From positions 1 through 63,444 of IMG/VR virus record IMGVR_UViG_3300044846_000637: a DNA stretch of 63,444 bases; one strand, 5' to 3'. The translations under genes were made by a program, and so were the position numbers. The stretch is from a virus. Lineage: Duplodnaviria > Caudoviricetes. Every line of letters begins with the position of its first letter. Within the stretch, counting starts at the first letter, position 1. The notes under the pieces are model-generated. The model was not told where the DNA came from, made no database searches, and worked only from the letters and a program-made list of their open reading frames with translations. This document shows positions 1 to 8,843 of the stretch, piece after piece.

Positions 1-47
1 CATCAGCGATGCGGCGTTCAAGCAAGGCGATATGTTTGATCGTTCAG
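1..47. repeat. Terminal direct repeat / assembly overlap (copy 1)
   Basis: Identical to 63398-63444 except T31 vs G63428, indicating a circular or terminally redundant genome. Confidence 0.95.
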
Positions 48-532
48 AGTACCCTGACACGCAAGATGTTCGCTCCAAGTTCCGTATCAAGCTCCATGTG
101 AGCCAAGTACCGGCAGGTGACTTCCGGACCGGCGGCATCGCAAACGCTATCGCTGAAGACTTGAAGAATCATTACGAGCGCCAGACCAAGGACATCATCG
201 ACGCTGTGATGAACGATGCGACCAACCGACTCATCGAGATTGCCGAGCGCCTACAGAATGCCTGTACCGAGGCCAACGCAGACGATGACGGCAAGGTTCG
301 CCGCAAGAAGATTTACGACAGCACATTCACACAAGCCAAGGAGATATGCGAGACCATTCGTAACTTCAATCTGACAAACAACACTCTGCTCGACGCGGCT
401 GTGGACCAACTTGCAAATACATTGCGCGATGTAACCGTGGAGGAGTTACGTGAGAGTTCATACACACGCAGTGAGGTACGCGAGAACCTCGACGAGATGC
501 TGAGCAAGTTCAAACCAATCAAGACTTACTAA
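1..532 (+). CDS. 3' part of DUF3150-like protein (continues from 63021 across the join, ~302 aa total)
   Basis: The frame from ATG 63021 reads through the overlap into this ORF. Helical protein directly upstream of the AAA ATPase and VWA genes, the usual context for DUF3150. Confidence 0.7.
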   Translation, partial: ISDAAFKQGDMFDRSEYPDTQDVRSKFRIKLHVSQVPAGDFRTGGIANAIAEDLKNHYERQTKDIIDAVMNDATNRLIEIAERLQNACTEANADDDGKVRRKKIYDSTFTQAKEICETIRNFNLTNNTLLDAAVDQLANTLRDVTVEELRESSYTRSEVRENLDEMLSKFKPIKTY

Positions 533-564
533 TTCACCCACCCCTGAAACACTAAGGAAACACC

Positions 565-1635
565 ATGTCAAAAGTTAACTTCACACTGTCTGTCTCTATC
601 GAAGAGGCCAAGACCGCTATCAAAACCGTTGGCGAGTTTATCACTCCGATCATTGTCTCCGAGCCGGGCGTAGGCAAGTCAAGCATCATCGAGATGCTCA
701 AGTCCGAGATGGACAACAACGAGTACGACTTCATCTACGTTGACTGCCCTGTCAAAGACATGATGGACGTTGCGGCGTCTATCCCCAACCATGAGAGCAA
801 GTCTCTTGAGTACTATGTCAGCGACTTGTTCAAGCTGGGCAACGGCAAGAAGAAGGTCATCATGCTTGACGAGTTCATGAAGTCCCCCAAGCTGTTGCAG
901 ATCATCTTCACTCGACTGATCCTCGAACGCACTGTGGGTGACGAGCCACTGCCCAAGGGTTCCATCCTGTTCGCAACATCTAACAATGCAAGCGATGGTG
1001 TGGGCGACTCGATGCTGGCACACGTTGGTAACCGTGTGACCATGCTGAAGATGTCCAAGCCAAACGCTGAGCAGTGGAACGTATGGGCGACAGCGAACAA
1101 GATCGCAAGACCTATCCGCGCTTGGGTGTCCATGAATCCCCGCGCACTGTACTCATACACAGATGGTGGTCAGGATGACAACCCGTACATCTTCAAACCA
1201 AGCGGGGTCACAGCGCAGTTCGTCTCGCCACGTTCGTTGGCTAAAGCATCACCTATCGTTTCATCCAAGGCTGAATTGGGAGAGCATCTCATGATGGCAC
1301 TGCTGGCTGGCACTATCGGTGAGGCGGCGGCCAAGTCCATGGCGGCGTTCATTGCACTTGAGAGCAAGCTGATCGGGTTCAAGGATGTAATCAAAGCTCC
1401 GAAGACTATCACTGTGCCAGAGGATGTATCTGCGCAAGTCATGATGATGTTCGAGGCCGTTGACTGTGTTGAAACGCAAGATGATCTAAGCAAGTACATG
1501 GAGTTCGTGAACCGTATCCCGTCGTCCGAAGTCCAATCCATCTTCTTCACGATGATCATGCGCGGCAAGCCTCGCGTTGCGCGATACAACCAAGAGATCA
1601 TGAAGTGGTCTGCTGAGAACCATGTCTTGATGTAA
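565..1635 (+). CDS. MoxR-like AAA+ ATPase
   Basis: Walker A variant SEPGVGKS, Walker B VIMLDEF, sensor ATSN, SPRS motif, RBS AAGGA. Confidence 0.85.
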   Translation: MSKVNFTLSVSIEEAKTAIKTVGEFITPIIVSEPGVGKSSIIEMLKSEMDNNEYDFIYVDCPVKDMMDVAASIPNHESKSLEYYVSDLFKLGNGKKKVIMLDEFMKSPKLLQIIFTRLILERTVGDEPLPKGSILFATSNNASDGVGDSMLAHVGNRVTMLKMSKPNAEQWNVWATANKIARPIRAWVSMNPRALYSYTDGGQDDNPYIFKPSGVTAQFVSPRSLAKASPIVSSKAELGEHLMMALLAGTIGEAAAKSMAAFIALESKLIGFKDVIKAPKTITVPEDVSAQVMMMFEAVDCVETQDDLSKYMEFVNRIPSSEVQSIFFTMIMRGKPRVARYNQEIMKWSAENHVLM

Positions 1636-1663
1636 ACAACCAACTAACCAACGGAGAAACCAA

Positions 1664-1900
1664 ATGAAAGAAAAGCAACTGCCAAAGATCGGTGTCCCTA
1701 TCGCGTACAAGAGCTGCTACATCGTGCGCGTGGGCAATGGGTTTGATTGTGTTGATCGCGCCACAGGTCGGTGGATTCACCTGCCTGATTCACGCCGCGC
1801 GAAATGGAATGCATCGGTGTGGTCACGACTGTCTGATGAGTTCAGCGGCTCATCTATCAAGGCTTTCTCTGCCGAACTGATTCAGGAGGGGATGAAATGA
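1664..1900 (+). CDS. Hypothetical protein
   Basis: GGAG RBS; ATGA overlap with the next gene. Confidence 0.7.
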   Translation: MKEKQLPKIGVPIAYKSCYIVRVGNGFDCVDRATGRWIHLPDSRRAKWNASVWSRLSDEFSGSSIKAFSAELIQEGMK

Positions 1901-2172
1901 AAAAGGTAAGCGACTCGGCCAAGGCCGCCGCTGTGATGCACTTTGTGTCTGACAGTGGGGATACCGGACTAACGCCAGATATGGCAGTGGAGTTGTTCAA
2001 TGAGTTGGGTCAGTCTTTTGGCCCTGTAGATGAAGTGCTGGACAAGTACAACATGACGCGCTGGGCGAGGTTCGATGGTTGGGACGATGGTACATGGTGG
2101 GAACAGCTTGAGCTGCTGGCGCATGTCATCGACGCAATGTTTGACTATTTTGAGTTTCCACCGGAGGGATGA
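1897..2172 (+). CDS. Hypothetical acidic protein
   Basis: GGAGG RBS, coupled to the upstream gene. Confidence 0.7.
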   Translation: MKKVSDSAKAAAVMHFVSDSGDTGLTPDMAVELFNELGQSFGPVDEVLDKYNMTRWARFDGWDDGTWWEQLELLAHVIDAMFDYFEFPPEG

Positions 2173-2173
2173 A

Positions 2174-2368
2174 ATGATTGAGTACACCTACCTAGAAATC
2201 TTTCTGTTCTGCGCGTTCTTTGTGGCGCTGGGTTATGCGTTCAAGTACCGTGAAGAATCTACTACGGGAAAACAAGTGATCAGAGCGATGCTCCGAGACC
2301 AAACCATATACGACAGGATGAAAGCTGACCATGACACATTCATTGAGGAGTTAAGAAATGCTGACTGA
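2174..2368 (+). CDS. Small membrane protein
   Basis: Start MIEYTY after GGAGG; hydrophobic segment IFLFCAFFVALGYAF. Confidence 0.65.
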   Translation: MIEYTYLEIFLFCAFFVALGYAFKYREESTTGKQVIRAMLRDQTIYDRMKADHDTFIEELRNAD

Positions 2369-3584
2369 AGAACAACGAATCAAGAAGGGCCACATTGCCC
2401 TGATGAAACATCCCGAGACTGCGCTGTGGTCTGGGGTCATGATGATGGGCGCTACGTCTGTGATCGACGACCCGAGCGTGACAGCGTACACCGATGGTGT
2501 CAACAAGAAGTATGGCCGTAAGTTTCTCAGCACAGTGTGCAAAGACCAAGCCGAGGTCAATGGTCTCATCTTGCACGAGAACTTGCACATTGGTCTGCGC
2601 CACATGATCCACAGCATCGATCTGTTCAAGGCCGATAAGCAGATTGCGAACATGGCGGCTGACTATGTGGTCAACGACATTATCATGAACATCAAGGACA
2701 AGACCCTTGTTAAGTTACCAGAGGGCGGCTGTTACGACCCGAAGTATCACAACATGAACATGCGTGAGGTCTATCGCCTGTTGAAGAAAGACAAGGACGA
2801 GCGCAAAGGTAAAGGTTCAGGGGAGGGTGAAACGCAAGGTGATGACGATGGGTCGGGCGGTGGCGGGGGTGGTTACAAGTTCGACGACCACGACATCGAT
2901 GGAGAAGGTTCTGCACAAGGCGCAACGCAAGAGGAAGCGAAAGCCTTGGATGCGCGTATCGACAGAGCTATCCGTGAAGGCGCGTTACTCGCGGGGCGTC
3001 TTGGTATCGATCTGCCCCGGTCCATCACAGAGTTGCTTGAGCCAAAGATTGACTGGCGTGAGGTACTGCGTGAGTTCGTGTCAGCGGCTACCAAAGGCAA
3101 GGACGAGTACACATGGCGCAGGTTCAACCGCAGGGTGATTGCCAATGATATGTATCTGCCGACTGTGGAGAACGAGACCATCGGAGAGATTATCGTTGCC
3201 ATCGACACATCAGGTTCTATCGGGGAGAAGGAGCTTAACGAGTTCGCTTCAGAACTGGTATCAATCTGTGAGTCTGTGTCGCCCGAAGCTGTGCGCGTTC
3301 TGTGGTGGGACACCATGGTTCACGGTGAACAAGTCTTTACAGACAACTACGCCAATATCGGCGCGATGCTCAAGCCCAAGGGTGGCGGCGGTACTAGGGT
3401 TTCATGTGTCAGTGAATACCTAAACAAGAACAAGGTCAACGCTGAGTGCGTGTTGGTCTTCACCGATGGCTATCTTGAGAGCGATGTCAAGTGGTCAATC
3501 ACTGCCCCGACTCTGTGGATGGTTACAGAGAACAAAAGCTGGACCCCGCCAGTAGGTAAAAAAGTTTTTATGGAGAAAATGTAA
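2358..3584 (+). CDS. DUF2201-type metallopeptidase + VWA domain protein
   Basis: HExxH (ILHENLH), Gly/acidic linker, MIDAS DTSGS, GGGGT and FTDG motifs. Confidence 0.88.
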   Translation: MLTEEQRIKKGHIALMKHPETALWSGVMMMGATSVIDDPSVTAYTDGVNKKYGRKFLSTVCKDQAEVNGLILHENLHIGLRHMIHSIDLFKADKQIANMAADYVVNDIIMNIKDKTLVKLPEGGCYDPKYHNMNMREVYRLLKKDKDERKGKGSGEGETQGDDDGSGGGGGGYKFDDHDIDGEGSAQGATQEEAKALDARIDRAIREGALLAGRLGIDLPRSITELLEPKIDWREVLREFVSAATKGKDEYTWRRFNRRVIANDMYLPTVENETIGEIIVAIDTSGSIGEKELNEFASELVSICESVSPEAVRVLWWDTMVHGEQVFTDNYANIGAMLKPKGGGGTRVSCVSEYLNKNKVNAECVLVFTDGYLESDVKWSITAPTLWMVTENKSWTPPVGKKVFMEKM

Positions 3585-4552
3585 TGGCCTTCTACGACAT
3601 TCAATATATCAACTACGCAAACTTGGAGAAGATCAGTCGCTCCAAACCATTCAGAGGCAGTGATAACGCTTACCCGTTGGGCGACAGGCGTTACTCAGCG
3701 CGGCACTTCCGCAAGGAGGGCGATGGTTCTTTCTCAATTTGGTATCTCAACAGAGGGGTGTCTGATGAATTGTCCGGAGGAACGATAGCTGATGAGCGCA
3801 AACAGTATATAGATCGATGCGCCTCACAGAAGCTCGGCATCGTGCGGTCAGACAACTCCTTTGAGTTTCTTAACTCAAGTGGGCAGGGCGAGAACATGAT
3901 GCTGTGCGAGGGGTTGAGAGGTGGCCTGACTCACTGCGCCAACAAAGGCGGTCTGGTGTTCCACCGTGGTCAACACATCCATCCTGTGTTCAGTGGTCTG
4001 CGCATCAACTGCGACACGGGTGAGTCCATAACGGATTACAAATTGTTTCAGGCAGTGGTGAATCGTAAAAAAGCAAATCAGTACATGAAGCAGTTCAGTG
4101 AGTTCAAGACTGGAGCGCCTGTGATGCTGAGCAGTATGGATGACGCAGGCATTCTTCAGGTGTACGACGACATGTATGAGATTCACAGAGATTCATTCAA
4201 GGACCTGAATGGGAAGTATGTCATGCAACTGATAGATGAGGGTAAGTACGTAGATGCCCTGTGCTTGTTCTCCATGGTCGCGAACCACCTGTGGGAGATT
4301 AGGCACGGCACTGAACAAAGGTACAAAAGCCGCGAAGAAACTGGAGGGCATGTTCTTAACCATCTAACCAGACTGCCTACCCGCTTCAAGGAGCGCACCA
4401 TGCGCGTACTGGAGACAAAGTTCCGAGACCTCGCAGTATCAACTCAAGAAGACCTGTTCGAGTCTAAGGAACTGCAAGCAGGTAAGGAGTTACCCGAGAG
4501 CAAGTGGGACCTGAGAGTTATGGTCAATGGCATGACCATGAAGCGTCTGTAA
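3584..4552 (+). CDS. Hypothetical protein
   Basis: 322-aa ORF with TAATG overlap to the upstream gene. Confidence 0.8.
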   Translation: MAFYDIQYINYANLEKISRSKPFRGSDNAYPLGDRRYSARHFRKEGDGSFSIWYLNRGVSDELSGGTIADERKQYIDRCASQKLGIVRSDNSFEFLNSSGQGENMMLCEGLRGGLTHCANKGGLVFHRGQHIHPVFSGLRINCDTGESITDYKLFQAVVNRKKANQYMKQFSEFKTGAPVMLSSMDDAGILQVYDDMYEIHRDSFKDLNGKYVMQLIDEGKYVDALCLFSMVANHLWEIRHGTEQRYKSREETGGHVLNHLTRLPTRFKERTMRVLETKFRDLAVSTQEDLFESKELQAGKELPESKWDLRVMVNGMTMKRL

Positions 4553-4575
4553 TTTTTAACCAAACGGAGAAAACG

Positions 4576-5505
4576 ATGAGCATCATTTCAACCTTTGCAC
4601 GTGACAACGTGGCTGAGATACTTAGCGAGGACAACATTCATCGAGTGGAACTCAAGAAGCTGGTTCATGAGTTCTGTCACGCATACAACTTGCGTGTGAT
4701 CAATGTGGCAAACATCAACTCCCGTAGAGAGGTGGCGCGTCTGGTCACAGACGGCGGTATAAATTGTGGTTCGGTCTCGGTCGAGTACGAGGGGGATAAC
4801 AAATATACTTACCGCGCATCTTTTAATACTATCAATAAGGATAAGGCCAGCGCCAAGTCAGAACGTAATGTGAGAGACTCTAACAAGATCAGTAATCTCA
4901 TTCGCGCAATCAAGAAGAACAAGGAAGAACCAACGGAAGAAGCCCTTGTTAAATCAATGCGGCGCGATATAACTTCTCCGTTCAATTCAGTAGAGAGTGA
5001 TTTAAGGTATGGTGGCCCAACCATAGCACTACCGCAGGACATGCAAAAAGCAGTAATGAATTTTGTTTTGGGTATTGACACTGTTGGAATGAATGCGTAC
5101 ATTGACGACCTCAAAGCCATACACAGTAAATATCAGTCGGAGATTAAGTCACATGAAGAAAAAACTTCAGACAGTAAACGCTTCAAGCGAGGCGCAACGG
5201 TGATCGGGCACGTAGCACAACACATTTCGGACCCGCACTATCTTGTCGCGGATGTATCGATGGGCGACGATGGTATGTTTACGTTTCACACCCCCCTGAA
5301 ACGCTACGACACTCTCAAGGAACTATCGATTGCCCCGGTGGTCATGATGGTAAATACCTTCATGCAAAGCAGACCTGACTACAACCGGGACAACGAGTTC
5401 GGCTTATCGGTTCGGGACAAATACTATCCTGAGCTGGATATATCTACGGGGTACACATCGCACAACAATCCTTTCTGGATAGCCATCCCCAAAGAGGCTC
5501 CATGA
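4576..5505 (+). CDS. Hypothetical protein
   Basis: Start MSIIST after GGAG RBS; long ORF. Confidence 0.8.
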   Translation: MSIISTFARDNVAEILSEDNIHRVELKKLVHEFCHAYNLRVINVANINSRREVARLVTDGGINCGSVSVEYEGDNKYTYRASFNTINKDKASAKSERNVRDSNKISNLIRAIKKNKEEPTEEALVKSMRRDITSPFNSVESDLRYGGPTIALPQDMQKAVMNFVLGIDTVGMNAYIDDLKAIHSKYQSEIKSHEEKTSDSKRFKRGATVIGHVAQHISDPHYLVADVSMGDDGMFTFHTPLKRYDTLKELSIAPVVMMVNTFMQSRPDYNRDNEFGLSVRDKYYPELDISTGYTSHNNPFWIAIPKEAP

Positions 5506-5834
5506 AGAATGACCCGTATGTTCCGGTCATGCACACAAGCTGGTCGGACCACTGGCGCGTACCGTTGTGGGTTGATGGTGACAAGTACAGGCTATGCCTC
5601 AAGCAGAACTATTACAGGCACTACACCGATGACACACTGCCAAACGATCTGAAGTCTGCGTTCTCGATGATCAATGCGTTCCCGCCGAATGACGTTGCCA
5701 TCTGGGAGATAGACCCGATCACGGCATACATCAACAAGCAAGACGACAAGCTCAACACGATTGGGTGGAGAGTTAACAAGCATCTATACATGGTCATCCT
5801 CAGCGGTGAACAGATGGAGGACTTACATGGCTGA
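5502..5834 (+). CDS. Hypothetical protein
   Basis: ATGA-coupled, GAGG RBS. Confidence 0.7.
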   Translation: MKNDPYVPVMHTSWSDHWRVPLWVDGDKYRLCLKQNYYRHYTDDTLPNDLKSAFSMINAFPPNDVAIWEIDPITAYINKQDDKLNTIGWRVNKHLYMVILSGEQMEDLHG

Positions 5835-6123
5835 TACACCAGAAGGAAAAGTTAAGCGCAAGGTCAAGGAGGAACTGGCTTCAATCGGCGCTTACTACGT
5901 CATGCCCGTAACAGGGGGGTTTGGTAATTCAGGCATCCCTGACATCCTATGTTGTTTCAACGGGTGGTTCATCGGCATCGAGTGCAAAGCTAACGGCGGT
6001 AAGGTCACGCGCCTACAGCAGACACACTTGGATGAGATCGAGATGCGCGGCGGTCTTTCGTTTGTTGTAGACGAACACAACGTGAAGATTCTCAAACAAC
6101 TTATCTTGGAGAAAACAAAATGA
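5827..6123 (+). CDS. VRR-NUC domain nuclease (Holliday-junction resolvase-like)
   Basis: TPEGKVK...GIPDILCC...FIGIECKA...TRLQ PD-(D/E)xK pattern; start after GGAGG. Confidence 0.88.
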   Translation: MADTPEGKVKRKVKEELASIGAYYVMPVTGGFGNSGIPDILCCFNGWFIGIECKANGGKVTRLQQTHLDEIEMRGGLSFVVDEHNVKILKQLILEKTK

Positions 6124-6251
6124 GTGAGTACGACGAACTGCCTGACGAGTACTACGCCGATAAGTTTGAGCGTCAGCGACACAGACGCGAGATGAACAGC
6201 GAGTTGGGTAACCCACAATTTGAACTAGATGAGGAGACAGAAAATGACTAA
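6120..6251 (+). CDS. Small acidic hypothetical protein (43 aa, not in ORF track)
   Basis: MSEYDELPDEYY...; ATGA overlap with VRR-NUC, GGAG RBS. Confidence 0.6.
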   Translation: MSEYDELPDEYYADKFERQRHRREMNSELGNPQFELDEETEND

Positions 6252-6420
6252 GCCATGGATTCCCGTAGGCCACCCCGAGTACAAATGGTCCAGTGGTGCT
6301 GACGTACAAGCACTGTGGAAGAAGTACGGATGGACACCGCCGAGCGAGAAGATGACACCGCCCCCTGTGGTGAAGCAAGAAGAACCCACATGGGTAAACG
6401 TAGTGCGGCGGGTTAAATGA
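6244..6420 (+). CDS. Hypothetical protein
   Basis: Start MTKPWIP after GAGGAG; WKKYGWTPPSE segment. Confidence 0.65.
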   Translation: MTKPWIPVGHPEYKWSSGADVQALWKKYGWTPPSEKMTPPPVVKQEEPTWVNVVRRVK

Positions 6421-6602
6421 AAGCGGTACTTGAGTTCAATTATCCTGAAGACGAGCACAAGCTGGAGCATGCGCTGAAAGGCGCGGCCTACCACGAGGCG
6501 TTGGTTTCTATCGACACTATCCTGACTGCTCCGTTTACGAAAGCAGAAGCACACAGCAGGGTCAGGAAGATCATTGCACAAGTATTAGGGGAAGCACCAT
6601 GA
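6417..6602 (+). CDS. Hypothetical protein
   Basis: MKAVLEFNYPED..., ATGA-coupled. Confidence 0.7.
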   Translation: MKAVLEFNYPEDEHKLEHALKGAAYHEALVSIDTILTAPFTKAEAHSRVRKIIAQVLGEAP

Positions 6603-6700
6603 ACCAAATGAATGACTGCAAACACCGCTGGGAACCCGTCACTGGGCCGGGAATGTACAAGTGCGCCCGATGCGGGATGTTCAGGAGGATTATTAAATGA
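6599..6700 (+). CDS. 33-aa putative Zn-binding peptide (not in ORF track)
   Basis: CKHRW...YKCARCG; ATGA overlaps at both ends. Confidence 0.55.
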   Translation: MNQMNDCKHRWEPVTGPGMYKCARCGMFRRIIK

Positions 6701-6807
6701 AGTACAAACTGATCCTGATTGGCGGGGTGATTGCTTCCGCTATGGTGTCCATCACCATCCTGTGGGGTGTGTGGACGGGTATTGCTTATTTGATGGAGGC
6801 TGTATGA
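6697..6807 (+). CDS. 36-aa single-pass membrane peptide (not in ORF track)
   Basis: MKYKLILIGGVIASAMVSITILWGVWTGIAYLMEAV; GGAGG RBS; ATGA overlaps. Confidence 0.6.
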   Translation: MKYKLILIGGVIASAMVSITILWGVWTGIAYLMEAV

Positions 6808-7154
6808 GAGACACGATAGAAATGGCCCGTGAAGCTGGCTGGACAAGCTACGACTCGCAAGACGAACGCTTTAAAGCCTTTGCCGAGCTTGTCCGTGCTG
6901 ATGAGCGCATGAGTTTTTATGGGCAAGACAAGCCAGCCGAATGCGCCGATGGTTGCCCACCAAACCAGATTTGTGATTACTGCCAAGTGGTTGCACCTGC
7001 TAAGGCAATGATCCTTGCCGAGCGTGAGGCGTGTGCAAAGAAAGCAGAAACGCTTGGCGTACACCCTGCTTTAAATGTTTTTGCTGGCGGCCCTGATTGG
7101 TACAAACATGGGAAAGAAATTGCCGCCGCCATCCGAGCAAGGGGGAACACATGA
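6804..7154 (+). CDS. Hypothetical phage protein
   Basis: Start MRDTIEMAREAG after GGAGG; AEREACA...IAAAIRARG pattern common in small phage genes; inserted Cys cluster. Confidence 0.7.
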   Translation: MRDTIEMAREAGWTSYDSQDERFKAFAELVRADERMSFYGQDKPAECADGCPPNQICDYCQVVAPAKAMILAEREACAKKAETLGVHPALNVFAGGPDWYKHGKEIAAAIRARGNT

Positions 7155-7738
7155 AAGACGAAGCATTGGACTTGGCGCACGGCTATTTAGACCGATTAAT
7201 CAGAGGTTTAAACATGGATGACACATCTGAAGCAGTGCAAGTGCGTGACACCATCAAGCAAGCCCTTGCAGCACCTGTGCAAAGCGCAGAGCGCGGGGAA
7301 CCTGTGGCGTGGCTTTACAAAGGCGATGCTGAGTTTGACGGAAAAGAATGGCGCGACAATATTCGTGTTACTACATCAAAGCAAGTTGCTGATTGGCAGG
7401 GGAAAGACATTCAACCCCTATACACCACCCCACCAGCAACACAGCCAGCACCTGTGCAGGAGCCTGTGGCAACAAAGCTGGAAACGCAACAGTTCAATTG
7501 TTTTCATGTCTCAGCAGAAGACTTTCAAAGACTGAAAGCGCTGCCAGTCGGAGCCAAGCTCTACACCACCCCACCCAACGTGGCTACGCCACTCGCAGCA
7601 CAGCGGCAATGGGTTGGGCTGCCGGATGAGGAAATTAGGGAGGTCAACGCAAAGGTGTCCCAAATTCCACCTATTGATTACACGACAACAACTTATGCCC
7701 GAGCCATTGAAGCCAAACTCAAGGAGAAGAACACATGA
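7151..7738 (+). CDS. Hypothetical protein with EPVA / PLYTTPP repeats
   Basis: Two EPVA...LYTTPP modules and a WVGL...ARAIEAKLKEKN end, a mosaic style typical of proteobacterial phages. Confidence 0.75.
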   Translation: MKDEALDLAHGYLDRLIRGLNMDDTSEAVQVRDTIKQALAAPVQSAERGEPVAWLYKGDAEFDGKEWRDNIRVTTSKQVADWQGKDIQPLYTTPPATQPAPVQEPVATKLETQQFNCFHVSAEDFQRLKALPVGAKLYTTPPNVATPLAAQRQWVGLPDEEIREVNAKVSQIPPIDYTTTTYARAIEAKLKEKNT

Positions 7739-7887
7739 CCAAAGAAGAAGCCCTCGCAGCAATCAAGCTGCTGTCCGCAATGGAGTCGTGGAGCTTTAGC
7801 CTGAAACAGACCATACCCGACTACCTGCACGAAGACCTTGGCAGGTCAATGGAAGTGCTGGAGCGCATCGTATTGGATAAGCCATGA
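7735..7887 (+). CDS. 50-aa hypothetical protein (not in ORF track)
   Basis: MTKEEALAAIKLL...; AGGAG RBS; ATGA overlaps at both ends. Confidence 0.65.
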   Translation: MTKEEALAAIKLLSAMESWSFSLKQTIPDYLHEDLGRSMEVLERIVLDKP

Positions 7888-8075
7888 GTCCGTTTGATTG
7901 GAAAAAAGACCCGCGCCCGAGCATCTTTATGAAGGATGCTGCGTTTAAGCCAAGACCCGCGCAGACCTACGCGCATCTGACGCCAGCGGAAAACTTGGTG
8001 GCCTACAAAGCCTTCAGTATCCACAGCCGAGCGCATCCCGGTGTTAAACCCTCACTGAACAAGCACGAGCTATGA
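7884..8075 (+). CDS. Hypothetical protein
   Basis: ATGA-coupled ORF. Confidence 0.6.
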   Translation: MSPFDWKKDPRPSIFMKDAAFKPRPAQTYAHLTPAENLVAYKAFSIHSRAHPGVKPSLNKHEL

Positions 8076-8368
8076 GAACCAACACCACGGCGGCACTGCG
8101 CACACTGCTCAGAGACAACCCTGACGGGCTGGATGTGGGCACAATCGCCAACAACCTTGAGCGTGAGCCAAGCGGTATTCGCAAGCTCTTAGCCAAGATG
8201 CCTGACACTTACATCGATAGGTGGATGCGGCATGGCCGTAACCCACCTCTAGCTATCTGGTGTGTCGTAGTACCCCCAGACAATTGCCCCCGACCCGATA
8301 TCAAACGACTAATTAAATTACCCAAAGTTTTTTGCAGCCAGCCACTAAAGGAGAACCCACATGGCTAA
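8072..8368 (+). CDS. Putative winged-HTH DNA-binding protein
   Basis: LLRDNPDGLDVGTIANNLEREPSGIRKLL resembles an HTH. Confidence 0.55.
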   Translation: MRTNTTAALRTLLRDNPDGLDVGTIANNLEREPSGIRKLLAKMPDTYIDRWMRHGRNPPLAIWCVVVPPDNCPRPDIKRLIKLPKVFCSQPLKENPHG

Positions 8369-8837
8369 AATTTCCCAGTCCGCAAAAGTACGCGAGTACA
8401 TCAAACAAAACCCAACCAAGAAGGTAGCTGAGGTGGCTAAGGACCTCGGGTTGAAGTACCAATTTGTGTACGTGACCAAACGCAATATGGATGTTAAGTA
8501 CATTCCTAAGCAGTACCTGACCAAGAAGTCGGTAGCCAAGATGCAAGCGGAATTTAAACCCGCGCCACACATGCTGGTTGATCTCACTCAACACAAGGAT
8601 GGGTCCATCACAGAGAAGATTACTATGGTGGAACCTACCCCCGACCTAGTGAATCACCCCGCGCATTACAAGTACGGTGGCATCGAGACCATAGACTTCA
8701 TTGAAGCCAAGGAGCTTGGGTACAACCTTGGCAACGTGGTCAAGTACATCACTCGCTCAGACCACAAGGGTAACCGCAAGGAAGACTTGCTCAAGGCGCA
8801 GTGGTATCTCACCCGCGAAATCAATTCAATCAAGTAA
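8361..8837 (+). CDS. DUF3310 (SaV-like) protein with N-terminal HTH-like segment
   Basis: VNHPAHY..GGIETID...GNVVKYITR..HKG..EDLLKAQWYL. Confidence 0.85.
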   Translation: MAKISQSAKVREYIKQNPTKKVAEVAKDLGLKYQFVYVTKRNMDVKYIPKQYLTKKSVAKMQAEFKPAPHMLVDLTQHKDGSITEKITMVEPTPDLVNHPAHYKYGGIETIDFIEAKELGYNLGNVVKYITRSDHKGNRKEDLLKAQWYLTREINSIK

Positions 8838-8843
8838 AACGAC

